A stretch of DNA of 64,000 nucleotides from the human T2T-CHM13v2.0 reference genome, Homo sapiens (GCF_009914755.1 NC_060929.1), one strand, 5' to 3'. Shown: positions 1-14,194, counted from the stretch's first letter. Translations and numbers: made by a program. The notes: generated by a model from the sequence alone, not told the origin.

Positions 1-1527
1 GGGCTGAGGAAAAGGAGACCCAGGACCACACAGGGAGGAGGGAAGCAAAAAGGACTGGTGGCAGGGAGGGCTTCCATCTTGGAAGAAAGGGGCATTGACC
101 CAGACTGGCACCTCAAGGCTGGGGGCACTTGCTGCTGGCTTAGTGCACCGTCTTGGCTGTATTGTGGCAGCCTGATTAGAAGGCAAAGGCTCCTGCTGGC
201 CAAGGGCTGTATCCCAGAGCAAGCCGGCCTGCTTGGGGACTGCTCAGCCTTTGGCCCTTGCAGGCATGCACAGAGACCCTGGGCATGCAGAGGCAACAGG
301 CACACACGCATGCACCACAGGTTTGGCCTCATGGTTTTTCTGTCATTAAGCAGGGCCTTGCATCCTAGAGTGATTCCCTGGGGATCACCAGCCACCCTGA
401 GCTGTGGCTCTCCTGTAGCCTTGGGATGTCATGGGACCCTAGATCCCCAGAGGCACAGAAGTGACCCTGGATAACATGCCCTCTGAATGTTGGCTGGCCT
501 GCTGGCCATGGGGAGCTGGACCTGCCCATGGTCGGGACTTGTACCTCTGGGCTAATTTCTATTAATTGAAGTCTAAAGGAATCCTTAAATAAAGAGCTAC
601 AATCTCAGAGCCCAGAGATGGCGCTCTGGCGCATTCTTGGCTCCTGACCCCTGATTAATTAAAATGACACTCTGCCTTCTACCTATGACAATGAACCTGC
701 ACCATGAGGAAATGTTGTTTTGCACAGAGATGCACAAATGTTCATCAGCATTTCAGCCGGAAGCAACCTTCAGATGCTGGGCTGTGATGTGAGCATTAGT
801 CCCCCTTCCTCCCTGCCTCCTCCTCCTGGGGCCAGATCATCTTCCACACATCCAATGGGCTGTGTAGGAGGGGTCCCTCCAAGCACTGGGCCTGGGCACC
901 TGCCTTGCCTGGAGCTCCTTTCCACATCCAGAATGCCCCAGGGCTGTGGCTTGATCCAGAGCCCGGGAGAGCTGAACTGGGTACAGGGAATTGCCCCCCC
1001 AAAAGAATTTGGGAATTCAAAATCACACATCCAATGGGGGCCAGACCATGGGCCTCAAAACTTAGAACTTCCTCAGGAGGGAGCTACTGGCCTAAGGGGA
1101 ACTGGGCAACCCTCTCCTAGGACTGGATTTCCGCACCTTTCTGGACTGCACCCTAAGAGGGCCTGCGTGGATTGTGCTTAAAGAACTTGGCCAACTCTAG
1201 CTGTCATGGGTCCTTTATGGGGCTCCCAGGAGAGCGTGTCTGTTCCTCCACTGCTGCTCTAAAGGTTGCTCAGCTTGGACCTCAGGTGGCACCAGCTTGT
1301 GGGCTGGCCTGGAGGTGGGAGGCCCAACCAGGCCTCTCCGCAACCCTTCTGCACAGGCTTTGGATTCTACCACCCAGTGTTCCTCCCTTCCCACTCAAAA
1401 CCTGATCTGCAGACCATATCTCATCACAGCTTTTCTCATGAGGATTTACTGCTTTCATCTTAGTCCTTGGGAAAGAAGTTCTGCCTCTGTTTAGTTGGGA
1501 GGAAGGCATTAAGAAAAAAAAAATATC

Positions 1528-2056
<529 letters not shown>

Positions 2057-2094
2057 CTAGTACTAAGCCAGTAAACAGTCTCTGTGCTCAGGGT

Positions 2095-2300
2095 CATTAG
2101 TGGTTGAAGGTGGTGGCATGGGGCAAAGGCTTTGAGAGTTGGTCCCAGCTCTGCCATTGTATTGGAGTGTGACCCTGGCCAAGACAATTTGCTTCTTTGA
2201 GCCTCTGACGGCTCATTTTGAAGTGGGAAGAATGATAACACCTACCTACCTTGAGGTTATGTCTGTGAAACGTCTAGGTAGGTGAACATGCATTGAGTGA
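2095..2300 (+). mobile_element. MIR fragment
   Basis: cccagctctgcca...gtgtgaccctgg...tttgagcctc...cctaccttgaggtt resembles the MIR core. Confidence 0.55.
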
Positions 2301-2928
2301 CTACTGCATGCAAGACTCCAGAGCAGGAAGAATGAATGATAAGGAGTCATACACGGTGCTCCCCAGAAATGGGCAATGTAGCGGGGAGATAAGACAAATG
2401 CCCACTTCATACGGGGCAAGACTGAGGTTACAAGACAGGGACCTACCTGTGAAGACGGGGTCGACAAGGACCAGGGAGCCACATTCCTCTCGGCCTTCTG
2501 TATACTCACTCCCAGAGTCGTTCCCCTACTCCTCCTGGGCCCGGGGCAGAGAGCATTCAGGGCTGGCCCTCAGCTGAGAAGCAAAAGCAGGACGCCCTGA
2601 GATGACCACACAGCCAGGTTGGGGTTCAAGTGGAGTGGTCACCTCAGACCTGAGAGAATTGACTGAGGGTGGATGTCAGACACTGGTAAAGCACTGTTAA
2701 ATTGATCCAGCCCTCAATCTGGGCACAGTTCTGATTCACTTCATTAATTCATTAGTTTATTCAACCAACCAACCAACCCACCCACCCACCCTTATTGAGC
2801 ATCTACCTTGTGCCAGGCATGGCAACAGTTGCTGGGGACAGCTGTGAACTGGGCAGAATGGACCTCTGTCCCTGGAGCCCACCCAGCTTGGTGGTACCCT
2901 CGCCTACCACAGTGTCCCTGCCTTGCAG

Positions 2929-3111
2929 ACGCTGATCACCGCCGTGGGGCAGACAGTCTACACCGTGGCCTCTGTGCTCCTCCTGCTCTTCCTCCTCATG
3001 TACATCTTCGCTATCTTGGGCTTCTGCCTGTTTGGATCTCCAGACAATGGTGACCATGATAACTGGGGGAACCTGGCTGCAGCTTTTTTCACCCTCTTCA
3101 GCTTGGCCACG
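2929..3111 (+). CDS. CATSPER3: CATSPER3 internal coding exon (S4-S5 linker, S5, pore helix; probably exon 4)
   Basis: Acceptor ccttgcag|ACG, donor ACG|gtactg; 183 nt, phase 0/0. Translates TLITAVGQTVYTVASVLLLLFLLMYIFAILGFCLFGSPDNGDHDNWGNLAAAFFTLFSLAT, a voltage-gated channel S5/P segment. Confidence 0.95.
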
Positions 3112-3812
3112 GTACTGTGTTTGGGAACAGTGGTGAGGGCAGGGGCCTTAGGAAGGGACAGCCTAGGTGGTGCAAGCGTGTGGACATGTGGGGCCTCACA
3201 TGGGGCTTTCCTCATGTCCAGGTACTCATCTGGGCCTAGGGAAGCTGGGGTCTGTTCCCCATCACAAGCCAGCACCCTGCACGGGGCTCCATCGCTGTCT
3301 CTAGGCCTGTGATTCCTTATAGTGCTTCCACATGTCTCACAGGGTGATCAAACTTTGCAGAGTCCTCAAATGATAATTCATTTGGATTAAGTTTAATTTA
3401 TAAATGAAACCCATGTCATATAGCCTTTGGGGAATTGGCTGTCACAAATCCACCTAGAAGAAGCATGCAAAACCCAAATCTAGAAATCTAGATTCTGTTG
3501 GACTCTGGAAAGAGTGGGGTCTTTTTAAAGGTGGGCCTGGCAGAGAGGCAGTGTCTTTCTGGGAAGGTTGGGAGGCCTTGAGAAAAGAGACCTCGAGGCA
3601 TGTTGGTCAATAGCATCCCCACCCAGGGGTGCTCTGCATTCCCAGGCCATCACGTATGTGCTGGAGCCAGTGGACTGGGAGGTGTTGAGGGGATGACGTG
3701 GAAGCGGAGCCACCCTTCTCCTCAGTGGGCCTGGGACTCCTCTAGCATAGGTGAAAAGGAGGCCTGTGCCACTGGGTCCGGGCCCTCAGCATACTCTTCC
3801 CTGCCTGAGCAG

Positions 3813-3953
3813 GTTGATGGCTGGACAGACCTGCAGAAGCAGTTGGACAATCGGGAATTTGCTTTGAGCCGGGCATTCACCATCATCTTCATCTTGCTCG
3901 CCTCTTTCATCTTCCTCAACATGTTCGTGGGTGTGATGATCATGCACACAGAG
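3813..3953 (+). CDS. CATSPER3: CATSPER3 coding exon (selectivity filter and S6)
   Basis: gagcag|GTT ... GAG|gtgagg; 141 nt. Translates VDGWTDLQKQLDNREFALSRAFTIIFILLASFIFLNMFVGVMIMHTE. Splicing to the previous exon gives the CatSper-type TVDGW filter. Confidence 0.95.
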
Positions 3954-4342
3954 GTGAGGCCACACCTGTGAGGATCGGAGGTCAGGGCAGGTGTGGCAGA
4001 TGGAGCTGTAGGGCAAGTCTCCAGGGAGGACCTGGAGCTGTGTAGCTGTGTCTTCCCAATGAAGTGGAGTAGAGGTGGCCAGATGGACCTGTCCCTCACC
4101 CGGCCCAACTCTCCTCCCTGAGCCAGTGCATTTGCCTTGCCTGCTGATGGTGGTCAACAGGACGGTGGGGCTTAAGAAGCCTCTGCAGCTACAGTTGGCA
4201 GCTTGAGTGGGGGCTGGCCCTGTGTGGGGAAAAGTGCTCCTGCTGAGGGCCTGAGCAGCGGTGCAAGACTGGGGAAGAGGAAAGACTGGGTCTGGGCATG
4301 TAGCGAGAGCCTGTAGTTGACCTCCATCGTCTGACTCTCTAG

Positions 4343-4462
4343 GACTCCATCAGAAAGTTTGAGCGAGAGCTGATGTTGGAGCAGCAGGAGATGCTCATGG
4401 GAGAGAAGCAGGTGATTCTGCAGCGGCAGCAGGAGGAGATCAGCAGGCTGATGCACATACAG
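4343..4462 (+). CDS. CATSPER3: CATSPER3 coding exon (post-S6 coiled coil)
   Basis: ctctctag|GAC ... CAG|gtgagt; 120 nt. Translates DSIRKFERELMLEQQEMLMGEKQVILQRQQEEISRLMHIQ, in frame with its neighbours. Confidence 0.93.
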
Positions 4463-4541
4463 GTGAGTGGCCCCTGCAGGCAGGTGGACAGATGGGTGGA
4501 TGGATCGTCAGGCTGATGAGATGGCCAGGAGGAGGGGCCGT

Positions 4542-4623
4542 GGTGCCTGTGTAGAGAGCAGGTGGCCTCAGGCATCTGCAGCGGTGCCTGTGTAGAGAGC
4601 AGGTGGCCTCAGGCATCTGCAGC
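4542..4623. repeat. Perfect 41-bp tandem duplication in CATSPER3 intron
   Basis: ggtgcctgtgtagagagcaggtggcctcaggcatctgcagc x2 (4542-4582, 4583-4623). Confidence 0.95.
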
Positions 4624-5385
4624 CTTAGGTAAGACAGCTGCCTTCCTCCAATGTTTTATAGAATCAGCCTTTATTCTCGGCATTTTTGTGTTTCTCTGGA
4701 CCTCTCGGAGTGTTGAGTACTGTGATTATAATGTCTCCCTCTGTTGTGGGCAGAACTCCACTGCTGGGCCCTTTGGGGCCAGGCAATCTGTGCTGAGGCT
4801 TCTTCTTGGGGACTCACTGGATGCCAGGCAGCCATGGCCCCAGGCCACTGAGTGGACGAGGATGCAGAGGCTCTGACAGAGTGCCAGACAACCTTGGTTC
4901 TCTCACATTCCTAAACCCAGAACAAGAATGGGCAAACCAGGCTGGAGATTTTCTGTCAAGCATGATGCAACCATGAGGGACCCGGGTGAATTTTCCCCCT
5001 GAGCCTGAGTGCTCTAAGCCTCCCATGCTGAGCTTTGGGTGCTCTGCTGGGCCTCCCTCCCTTGGTGGGTGTGTCTCTCCTTGTCCTCTTCTCTGGGGTG
5101 GAGACATGTGCCTGTCTTCACCGTGCCCAAGGTTCGTCCAGGGTTGGGAGAGCCTGCGCTGAGCCTCAGTTGGACTTCATGTGCTGCCTGTCCTCAATGG
5201 TGGCCGCCTCACCCCGGAGTCCAGGTTCAGAAGGGGTCAGGATGAAGTTGTGACAAGGCTGAAGCTTCCTTCCAGGACCAGGGTCAGGCCGCTGCCTGGG
5301 GCCCATCCTGGAGAGTCTCCATGTCTCTGTGCAGCTCGGCTGTCACCTCCTCATCACTGCTCTCTCGTTATGCTTTCCTCTCTAG

Positions 5386-5543
5386 AAAAATGCTGACTGC
5401 ACAAGTTTCAGTGAGCTGGTGGAGAACTTTAAGAAGACCTTGAGCCACACTGACCCAATGGTCTTGGATGATTTTGGCACTAGCTTACCCTTCATCGATA
5501 TCTACTTTTCCACTCTGGACTACCAGGACACAACTGTCCACAA
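5386..5543 (+). CDS. CATSPER3: CATSPER3 penultimate coding exon
   Basis: Pyrimidine tract ttcctctctag|AAA ... AA|gtcagt; 158 nt, ends in phase 2. Translates KNADCTSFSELVENFKKTLSHTDPMVLDDFGTSLPFIDIYFSTLDYQDTTVH(K). Confidence 0.92.
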
Positions 5544-6533
5544 GTCAGTTCCAGCCCCAGCCTTCCCTGGTCCCTAGGGCTTCCTCGAGGTTGGGCTGTG
5601 TCAGGTGCCCTGGGAGAGTGAAGGGGGTGATGACTGAAGTGCTGATGGGCAGTGGGTGGGTGGAACATGGCTTTCTTGGGGTTACAGGATTCCATATATA
5701 CACAGGGGCTGGGCTGCTGTGTGGACGGGCCATGGCTGGGGGGAATCTGCCCCTCCTGCCCCTCCCCAACCCACCTTGACTTGTATGTAAATGCCAGCTC
5801 CTTGAAGTCTCCAGGCCTCTCCTCACTAACCCCTTTTCAGAGTGCAGAGGAAAGACCACTGGGTAGCCTCAGCTTCTGGCCTGGTTGTGCCACTACCTTC
5901 CTGTGTGGCCTTGGGCAATTCTCTGCCCCTTTCCCATCTGTCACATGAGGGGCTACTGGGCTGATTCAATGAAAACAGTATATGTGAAGCTCTGAGTGTG
6001 GCCTGGCCCAGGGCTTGTGCTCAGTGTGAGTCAGCTGGGATTATGAGCAGCCATTACTGAGCAGGAAGGATGTAAAAACCTGGCTGTGGGCATCAGGAGC
6101 TACGGTGGGCTGTGGGCACTAGGGAGCTACAGTGGACTCTTCAGTGAGGACAGATATAATTAGCCTGGCTTCTCAATGAAAGCTGCTTGGAGGGCTTTAG
6201 AGATGGGAGAAACCAAAAAGGAAGGCATTGTTGGGGAATGCCCACTTTTGGCCCAGCAGGGGTCAGTCACTCTCTGGGCACCTCCACACAGTTACTTCTC
6301 TCAGGACCTAAGAATTTATTTCCACCTGACACATGAAGTAAAATACTTTGCTCCAGGGGGCCCCAGGCAGAGTGGCAGATCCAAGATTCCAACCCAGCCT
6401 CATCTGGCTCTGAAGTCCTTGCTCTTCTTTGACCCTACACCTGTGCAGGTGCAAACGTGTGGTCAGTGGGGCCAGGGGGTCCTGGAGCCTGCCTCTGACC
6501 TCAGATCTTATCTCCTCCTGCTCCATTTTTCAG

Positions 6534-6636
6534 GCTTCAAGAGCTGTACTATGAGATCGTGCATGTGCTGAGCCTAATGCTGGAAGACTTGCCCCAGGAG
6601 AAGCCCCAGTCCTTGGAAAAGGTGGATGAGAAGTAG
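6534..6636 (+). CDS. CATSPER3: CATSPER3 last coding exon
   Basis: ccatttttcag|G matches the phase-2 end of the previous exon. Translates (K)LQELYYEIVHVLSLMLEDLPQEKPQSLEKVDEK, with TAG at 6634-6636. Confidence 0.92.
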
Positions 6637-6689
6637 CTGGGCATGGGGCACCCATGTGCCGAGAGCCTTGCAGACCATGACAGGTCCCT

Positions 6690-6695
6690 ATTAAA
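6690..6695 (+). terminator. CATSPER3: CATSPER3 polyadenylation signal (ATTAAA)
   Basis: ATTAAA 53 nt after the stop, followed by GT/T-rich sequence; implies a very short 3' UTR. Confidence 0.7.
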
Positions 6696-8848
6696 CACAG
6701 GCTTTCTGAGTTGTCCTCTCCAGAGTTGCTGTGATTATGGCATTTCCCCACCTTTTAGAGTTGGGCCTGGACAGGTGCTCATGAAGTGTGATTCCCCAGA
6801 GCCAACTCCCCGTCCCCCACCACAGGACATGCAGACCTAGGGAATGGGGAGAGGGAAGCTCAAGACTTGTCCTGGCCAGAGGCCAGATCCAGGGCCCATG
6901 CTGGCTCTAGGCTCCCTGGACCTAGCAGCAAGGACCTGGGGAAGCTGCCTGAGGACCACAGACCAAGAGGGCCTCCAGCTACCCCCCAAAGCACATGGCC
7001 CCCTTGAGCTGGTGTGGCCCTGTTGATCTGGGTGTGGGTGTTCTCATACTGACAGAGTCACATCTCTCTCTGTGGGCCCACTGCTGCAGAGACCCTTCTT
7101 TGGAAGGCTACTCTGAGTTCCCCTAGGCTCAGCCTAAGGGGTGCTGCTAGGACTGGCAGGATTCTGTCGTGTGGGCCTGGAGCTCAATCTGGGGGAGTGG
7201 CCTGCTGGCAATGCCAGGGCACCTTGCACAGAGCCCAGGGCAGGTGGCATCATCAGCACTGTGGGCTGCTGCCTCATATGGTTAGGTAGGACTCTTCACT
7301 TAAAAGGTGGCATTTTCTCTGTCATTCCTAGCCAAATGACTACCAGGGCCATCAAGGTCCTGGCACCACTCTGGCTTAGCCATGATGGAACCATCTGAAG
7401 GCCCCAGCAGGGTAGCACAGCACAGGTGACTCTCCTTGCTTCAGACTGGCCAGCCCAGAGGCCTGGCAGTGCCCACTCTACACCATTGCTGGAGAGTATG
7501 CCCGAGGCCTGTCACCTTGGCAGTGCCACCTCACACAGAGGGGGAGGGGTGTTCTGGGACTGGGACCTATAGCTGGGTGCAGAAAGGCCCCATACCCACA
7601 CTGGGGATTCAGGTTAGCAGAAAATGCATGGGGTAGAGCGGAGAGTGGCCACACAAACAGTCAGCCCTGGGTGGTGGCACCCCTGAAGCCACAGGACAGG
7701 GGCCGTAGGAACCTGTCCTCCTGGTTTCATCTATACATCCGACTGCTATCTACTGAGCTATGCTGGGTGCTGGGGCTTCTATGATGAGAAACCCGTGGTC
7801 TCTCCCTGGCTCTCTTGGTGCTCACAGTTTTGTAGGGAAGACAGTCATCCAGCCACTGAGGAAGTGACAATCATTGAATTCAGGGTGGGGGGACTGCGTA
7901 GAGAGAATCAGGGCCACATTGAGCATCATGAAAACAGTGTGAAAGAAGGATGGCTCTTCAGGGTGAGACCTGTTGAGGTGCTGTGGGGGAATCCTCTGAG
8001 GGCAGGAAATGCCTGGCCACTTCCGGCACGGAGAGAGCTTTGTGTCCATGCCCTGAAGCTGGGCTGGGGTAGATAGGGTGTTTGTGCCCCTCATGACAGG
8101 GGGAGTTGCTCTGGGTCTGACAGGTCCAGGGATGACGCCAGGCTTGGGGCTTCCAGGGGTGCTCTTGTGGGTGCAGCCCCATTAGTAGGGCAGGCAGGCC
8201 CCAGGCAATGGCTCCAGTTCAGGGCCGGGGCAAAGCAGACATTGCCAGCTGCTCACACAGGGTGTGCCAACATAGCCATGGGAACGCTAAAACATATCCA
8301 GCTACTCTCATCAGGAATCCTTGGAATTGCTCTAGGCATCTGAGAGTGAAAAAAAGATTTAAAAATTGGCCTCAGTGGGGCAAGGTAGAAAGTGCCATGG
8401 TTTTGGAGTTGGGACACCTGTGTTCCCTGTTAGGGAGACCTTGGGTAAAGTGTCTGGTCTTTCAAGCCTCACCTATTTCCTGTGAGAAATGCGATGATAA
8501 AATGACTGGGTGCAAGGATCAAATCTCTGTAAGGTGTGAGAAAAGAGGTAGTCAACTCATGGTTCACCCTTCCCCACTGTCAGCCCTGCGCCTCTGCTGG
8601 GGGCACGTGTAGTGGGCTGTGCTGGTCAGGGGCTGAGAAGGACAAGGCGAGCTTGACGCTGGTGTTGGTGGGGAAAGTATGGAGCTGAGAGCAGGATGCA
8701 GAGGTCATGAACTATACAGGGGTATGAATGGGTCCCAGGATGGAGCTGGTTCAGAATAGGCAGATGGCACGTCAGATCTGGAAGGCCTAGATCCCATGCC
8801 TAGGAAGGCAGACTTTGGGCACAGCCACCAGGGTGTGGTGTGGGAGGG

Positions 8849-9264
8849 TGCATTCGTCCATTTTGTGTTGCTATAAAAGAATACTGGAGGCTGGGCAATT
8901 TAAAAGAAAAGAGGTTTATTTGGCTCATGGTTCTGCAGGCTGTCCAGGAGGCATGGCAGCACCTGCTTCTGGTGAGGCCTCAAGAAGCTCCTACTCATGG
9001 TGGAAGGCAAAGCAGAGCCCGTGTGTGTCATGTGGTGAGAGAAGGAGCAAGAGAGAGGGGAGGAGGGCTACCAGACTCTTTTAAACAACCAGCTCCCGAG
9101 TGAACTAACAGAGTGAGCTCTCACTCATCACGAAGTGGGGGCACCAAGCCGTTCACAAGGGAGCCGCCCCCATGATCCAACACCTCCCACTAGTCTCCAC
9201 CTCCAACATTGGGAGTCACATTTCAACATGAGATTTGGAGGGGACACACATCCAAATTGTATCA
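8849..9264 (-). mobile_element. MaLR solo LTR (MST family, MSTB-like)
   Basis: TG...CA termini. The - strand begins tgatacaatttggatgtgtgtcccc, resembling the MST/THE1 consensus start. Confidence 0.85.
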
Positions 9265-11194
9265 AAAGGCAAGCTGACTTTAAGGGCACAAGAAGAAGGC
9301 TTTCAGAGAGCAGAGAGCTGGTGGGGGCAGAGGTGACGTTTACAGGGCCGGCCCAGCACTGCTGGCAGAGCAAGCTGATGGATATTTGGCACAAAGTCAC
9401 AAAGCAGCATTTCTGTTTGGCTCTATTCGCCTGCAGAGCAAACACGGCAGATTGGAATTCCCACTTGGGCTCTCACCAACTCAAACAGGCTTGGCCAAGA
9501 CCTTTAATTGATTTGCTTGGGGCAGAAGTGGCTCTGCTTACCCACGCCTGGCTGTGGAAAGCAGGACCCTCCTCACCCTCCCCCGACCCTGGGATCTAGT
9601 AGGGTTGACCCTAAATGGCTCCTTCGTCTCCAGCCTGCCAGTCTGATGGTTTGGGGGCCACAGTGGGATACAGGGGACTTGGGCCCGAGTCTCCTCCTGG
9701 TCATGCCCAAGCCCTCCCCCAGTTCTTGTGGGATGGATCTGGAATTCAAGGCTGGAGGTGTTTGGAAGGTGGCTGGATTTTCTTTTTTTAAAACTGCTTT
9801 CTGATTCCACCAGCAGGAAGCAGGCCCTGTATTGTGGAGATCGAGGCAGTGATTGAGAATGTGAATGCCCCTGTCCATTCCAACAGCCCCTAGAAATCTG
9901 ATACTGGGACTCTGGAGACCGTGCCCCTTGAGGCTTTCTTCAAATGCTTTAGCACACCTCCTAGAGCAAACTGGCCTTCAACAGGTCAGGTCTGGCTCTC
10001 TGGGCATCTCTGCCTGTGTCAGGCTTTGTCCCTGGCCCCAGATGGGTCTGCTGTGTTGTCCTACAGGCCCTCAAGAGAGACGATGGTTCTGAATTCCTGA
10101 CTAGGCTACTCAGAAAAGAGAGGAGGTTGTTCTGATTATAGTCACAGGGGTTGGAAAGAGGGGAAGGAGATAAATGTGACGGTGCAAAAATCTATCAACA
10201 CACGGGCATCCCCACTCTTCCCCATACTGTGCTACAAAGAATTTTGTCTGTGCTTGGTCGGCCACAGGCTACACCTGCCCCAAGTTCTATGTTTGACTTT
10301 ATTGTAGGCTTTGTGTGATGTGGCATTAGGAGAATGGTGGAGAGCCAGGCCTGCAGAGCTAGAGGGAAAGGGGAGTATTTTTGCTTTCTCAGCCAGCTCC
10401 TGCATTCTCCTCCATGCTGGTCAATGGGCAAAACAGAGGGAAAGTTAAAAGACCAGCGAGGTTGGATGAAAACACAACAGGGAGCCGGGAAAATGGAGGG
10501 AAGAAGGAAGCAAAATCTGAGGGCTGAGAGTCTGGGAATTGTGGACAGCAGCTATGATATAGCTGGTGGGCATGTCCTGGAGACAGGATAAAGGAGGGGG
10601 TTAAGGTTAAGTGTCCTTGTGGGTTAACAGTGGGATCCCTATGGGTGTTCTTTGAGAGAGGCAAATGATGATTGGAATTATCTAAAAATTATTTTTGGTT
10701 GCTCTACCTTTTAAAAATGAAGCCCTATGGATAGATTAGACCAGGTGGAGTCTGGGTTATATTCAGGTTATATAAAAGATCACCCTGCATAATAGAGACC
10801 TACTGGGTTAACAGTGGGAAATGCTAAGAGGGCTTTCCATGGACTGAGCCCTTAGCTGGGATCAGGGGCCTCCAGGTGAAGCATACCAGAGGGTGGTGGC
10901 ACCAGGTATGACTGTCTTCTTGCAAGATGAAACTAAAGTATCAGAAGGGAAGTGTGGAAGAAACCAGAAGGTGATGAAGAGCCTGTTTCAAAACTCTTGG
11001 GAAACTACAGAGTGACTGGGACCTGTGTGAACTGGTGATGGGACCATGGTGGTGTTCTCGCAGCAGCGGAACCTCGCTGCCCTCCAACTTGGCATTTGGG
11101 GAACACTGCCCCTGACTTCTTCTCTCTCCAGTGCTACTTCGATCCCTGGGATCAGGGCCTGAGATAAAAAGAACTCTTCAAAACTTGACGTTGG

Positions 11195-11335
11195 AGCTGG
11201 GCATGGTGGCTCACACCTGTAATCCCAGCTGCTCAGGAGGCTGAGCTGGGAGGAGTTTGGGGCCAGGAGTTTGAAACCAGCCAGGGCAACATAGTGAGAC
11301 CCCGTCTCTAAAATGTAAAAAAAAGAAAAAGAAAA
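11195..11335 (+). mobile_element. Free left Alu monomer (FLAM-like)
   Basis: Single monomer plus A tail, flanked by TSD aaaacttgacgttgg (11180-11194) / aaaacttgatgctgg (11336-11350). Confidence 0.85.
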
Positions 11336-12565
11336 AAAACTTGATGCTGGCCCAGAGAAGGAGGGATCCAAACAGAGGTCAGGCCAGAGCTTCAACGGCA
11401 CAGCCTGTTCTCCTTACTGACTGTGGAAATACTGCCTTCTGTTTTGCCAGTATTTCTGTTTATAAGATTTTTTCACATGTATGACTTCAATCACATAACA
11501 ACACTTATTCCCATTAAACAGGTGGCAAAACTAAGGTTCAAAGAGGTGATGTAACCTACCCAAGGTTGTACAACTAAGGGGGAAGAACCAGGATTCACAA
11601 CCAAGTGTGTCTGGCTCTTTAGCCACTGCTATGGTGCCACACAACAATCTTCCAAGGAATTGTTGTCCCCTTTTATAGGCAGGCAAGCCAGCACTCAGAC
11701 TCACTGGGCCAAGGTTATCATTAAAGGGCAGAGTCAGTATTTGAACACAGGCCCCTCTGCTCTACTGCCTCATAGCAACCTTATTCTTTCTTACTGAAGC
11801 AGCTATTTTTTCAACTTTAAGAACCAAGCCATGATTCCCTTCTGAGAGGGGCCTAACTCTGAGAAGGGGGCGGTGGTTGCACAGACGGGTCTTGGTTGGC
11901 CAGTGAGTTCACTGGCACCTTCTCACTGCTTGGTCCAGGCTCTGAAGTCTGCTGGCCCTGGGAGCCCCGGGAGCCGGGAGATTGGGAGGACAGCAGGAAG
12001 AAATCAGTGTGTGCAGAAAGGGTGGTGACTGCGGCGTCTAATCAGGAAATTACAGCCTGGGCAGAGAGAGAGGTTTGGCTTGACATCGCCTTTCCCTGGG
12101 CTTCAGTACAGCAGGCCCACATGGTGGAGGCTTGGCTGCAGATGGGATGTGCTAAGCAGGCGTGAGCAGGTCACAGCAGGCAGGATGCACCAGCCTGGTC
12201 GGTGTCCGGATGCCCACAAGGCTGGCCCTCTAGGGTGGCGACTTGCAGGCAGTTTCCTCTGCCTGCCCTTGCACCCACTCATAACTCGATCAGCAGGAGT
12301 GGCAGCTGTGGGCATCTGGAAGGGGTGCCTTGAGAGACTCTTGGCTGGAGTTTTTTATCTGACCCTTGAAAAGGCAAGTGGAAAAGGAGAGAAAACATTA
12401 TCAGGTGGAAAAAGCTAGCTGCAGAACTATACATATGCGACACCATCTGCATTAAAATGAAAAAGAAAAGGGAGAAATAAATAAAACACCACACATAAAG
12501 TGGCAGTGAGAGGTTTTTTTTTTTCTCTTTTAGGTGGCAAAGATGATAGACAAAACCTAGGATCG

Positions 12566-13470
<905 letters not shown>

Positions 13471-14194
13471 TGTGTGTCCCTGTGGTAGGTGGAAGGGCAT
13501 TCTCTGCAGAAGGAACCAAATGCACAAAGGAAAGATGGCAGGAGCTCCGTGAGGGTTAAGGGAGTGCCGAGGTCAGTGTGGCTGCAGCCTGTGCTGTGGG
13601 GTGAGGGGTGGGGGGACTGGAGGCTAGGGCAGTAGACTGGAGCCAGATCCTGAGGGGCTCACATGCTCAGCGGGGCAGTTTGGCCTTTAAGGGATGGGAA
13701 TCGTGGTAAGCAAAGCAGTGACCTGGCTGGATTTCATTCCCACTGCCTCTGAGGGTGGCTGTATCCCCCTCACTTGGCATCTAAGGCTCCTCTATTCTCT
13801 CTATTCTGTCTCTCCTTCCTCTTCCCATGCCTCCCAGGCCAGGGATCCTCTTTGCCTGGCTCAGTCTCACCTCTACTCCTGCATACCCATCCCAGTTCTG
13901 CCTGTCTTTTAAGGCTGAGTACCAGGCTCCCTCTAACAGGAAGCTTTCCCAGATTGCTCCCATTAGCCTTGATTTCTCCTTTCTCATGCTGTCACCCTTG
14001 ACCTTTTGTATCCTACTTTGTATCAGACCTTAATTCCTCTACCCATAGATATTTATTTTCGTAGCACCAGCTGGGGAGGGCTGTGGACTGCAGGGTCGTC
14101 CCTGACACCTGGATGCCAGTGATCAGCCTGCCTGAGATATGCCAGCTTTAGAATCCTGATGGAGGGAGGGAGGAGGAGGGCAGCAAAGAGACCC

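Noticed and set aside
6082-6138. Imperfect ~27-bp duplication (ctgtggg...gagctac.gtgg)
   Set aside because: Short, diverged and intronic; ordinary slippage.
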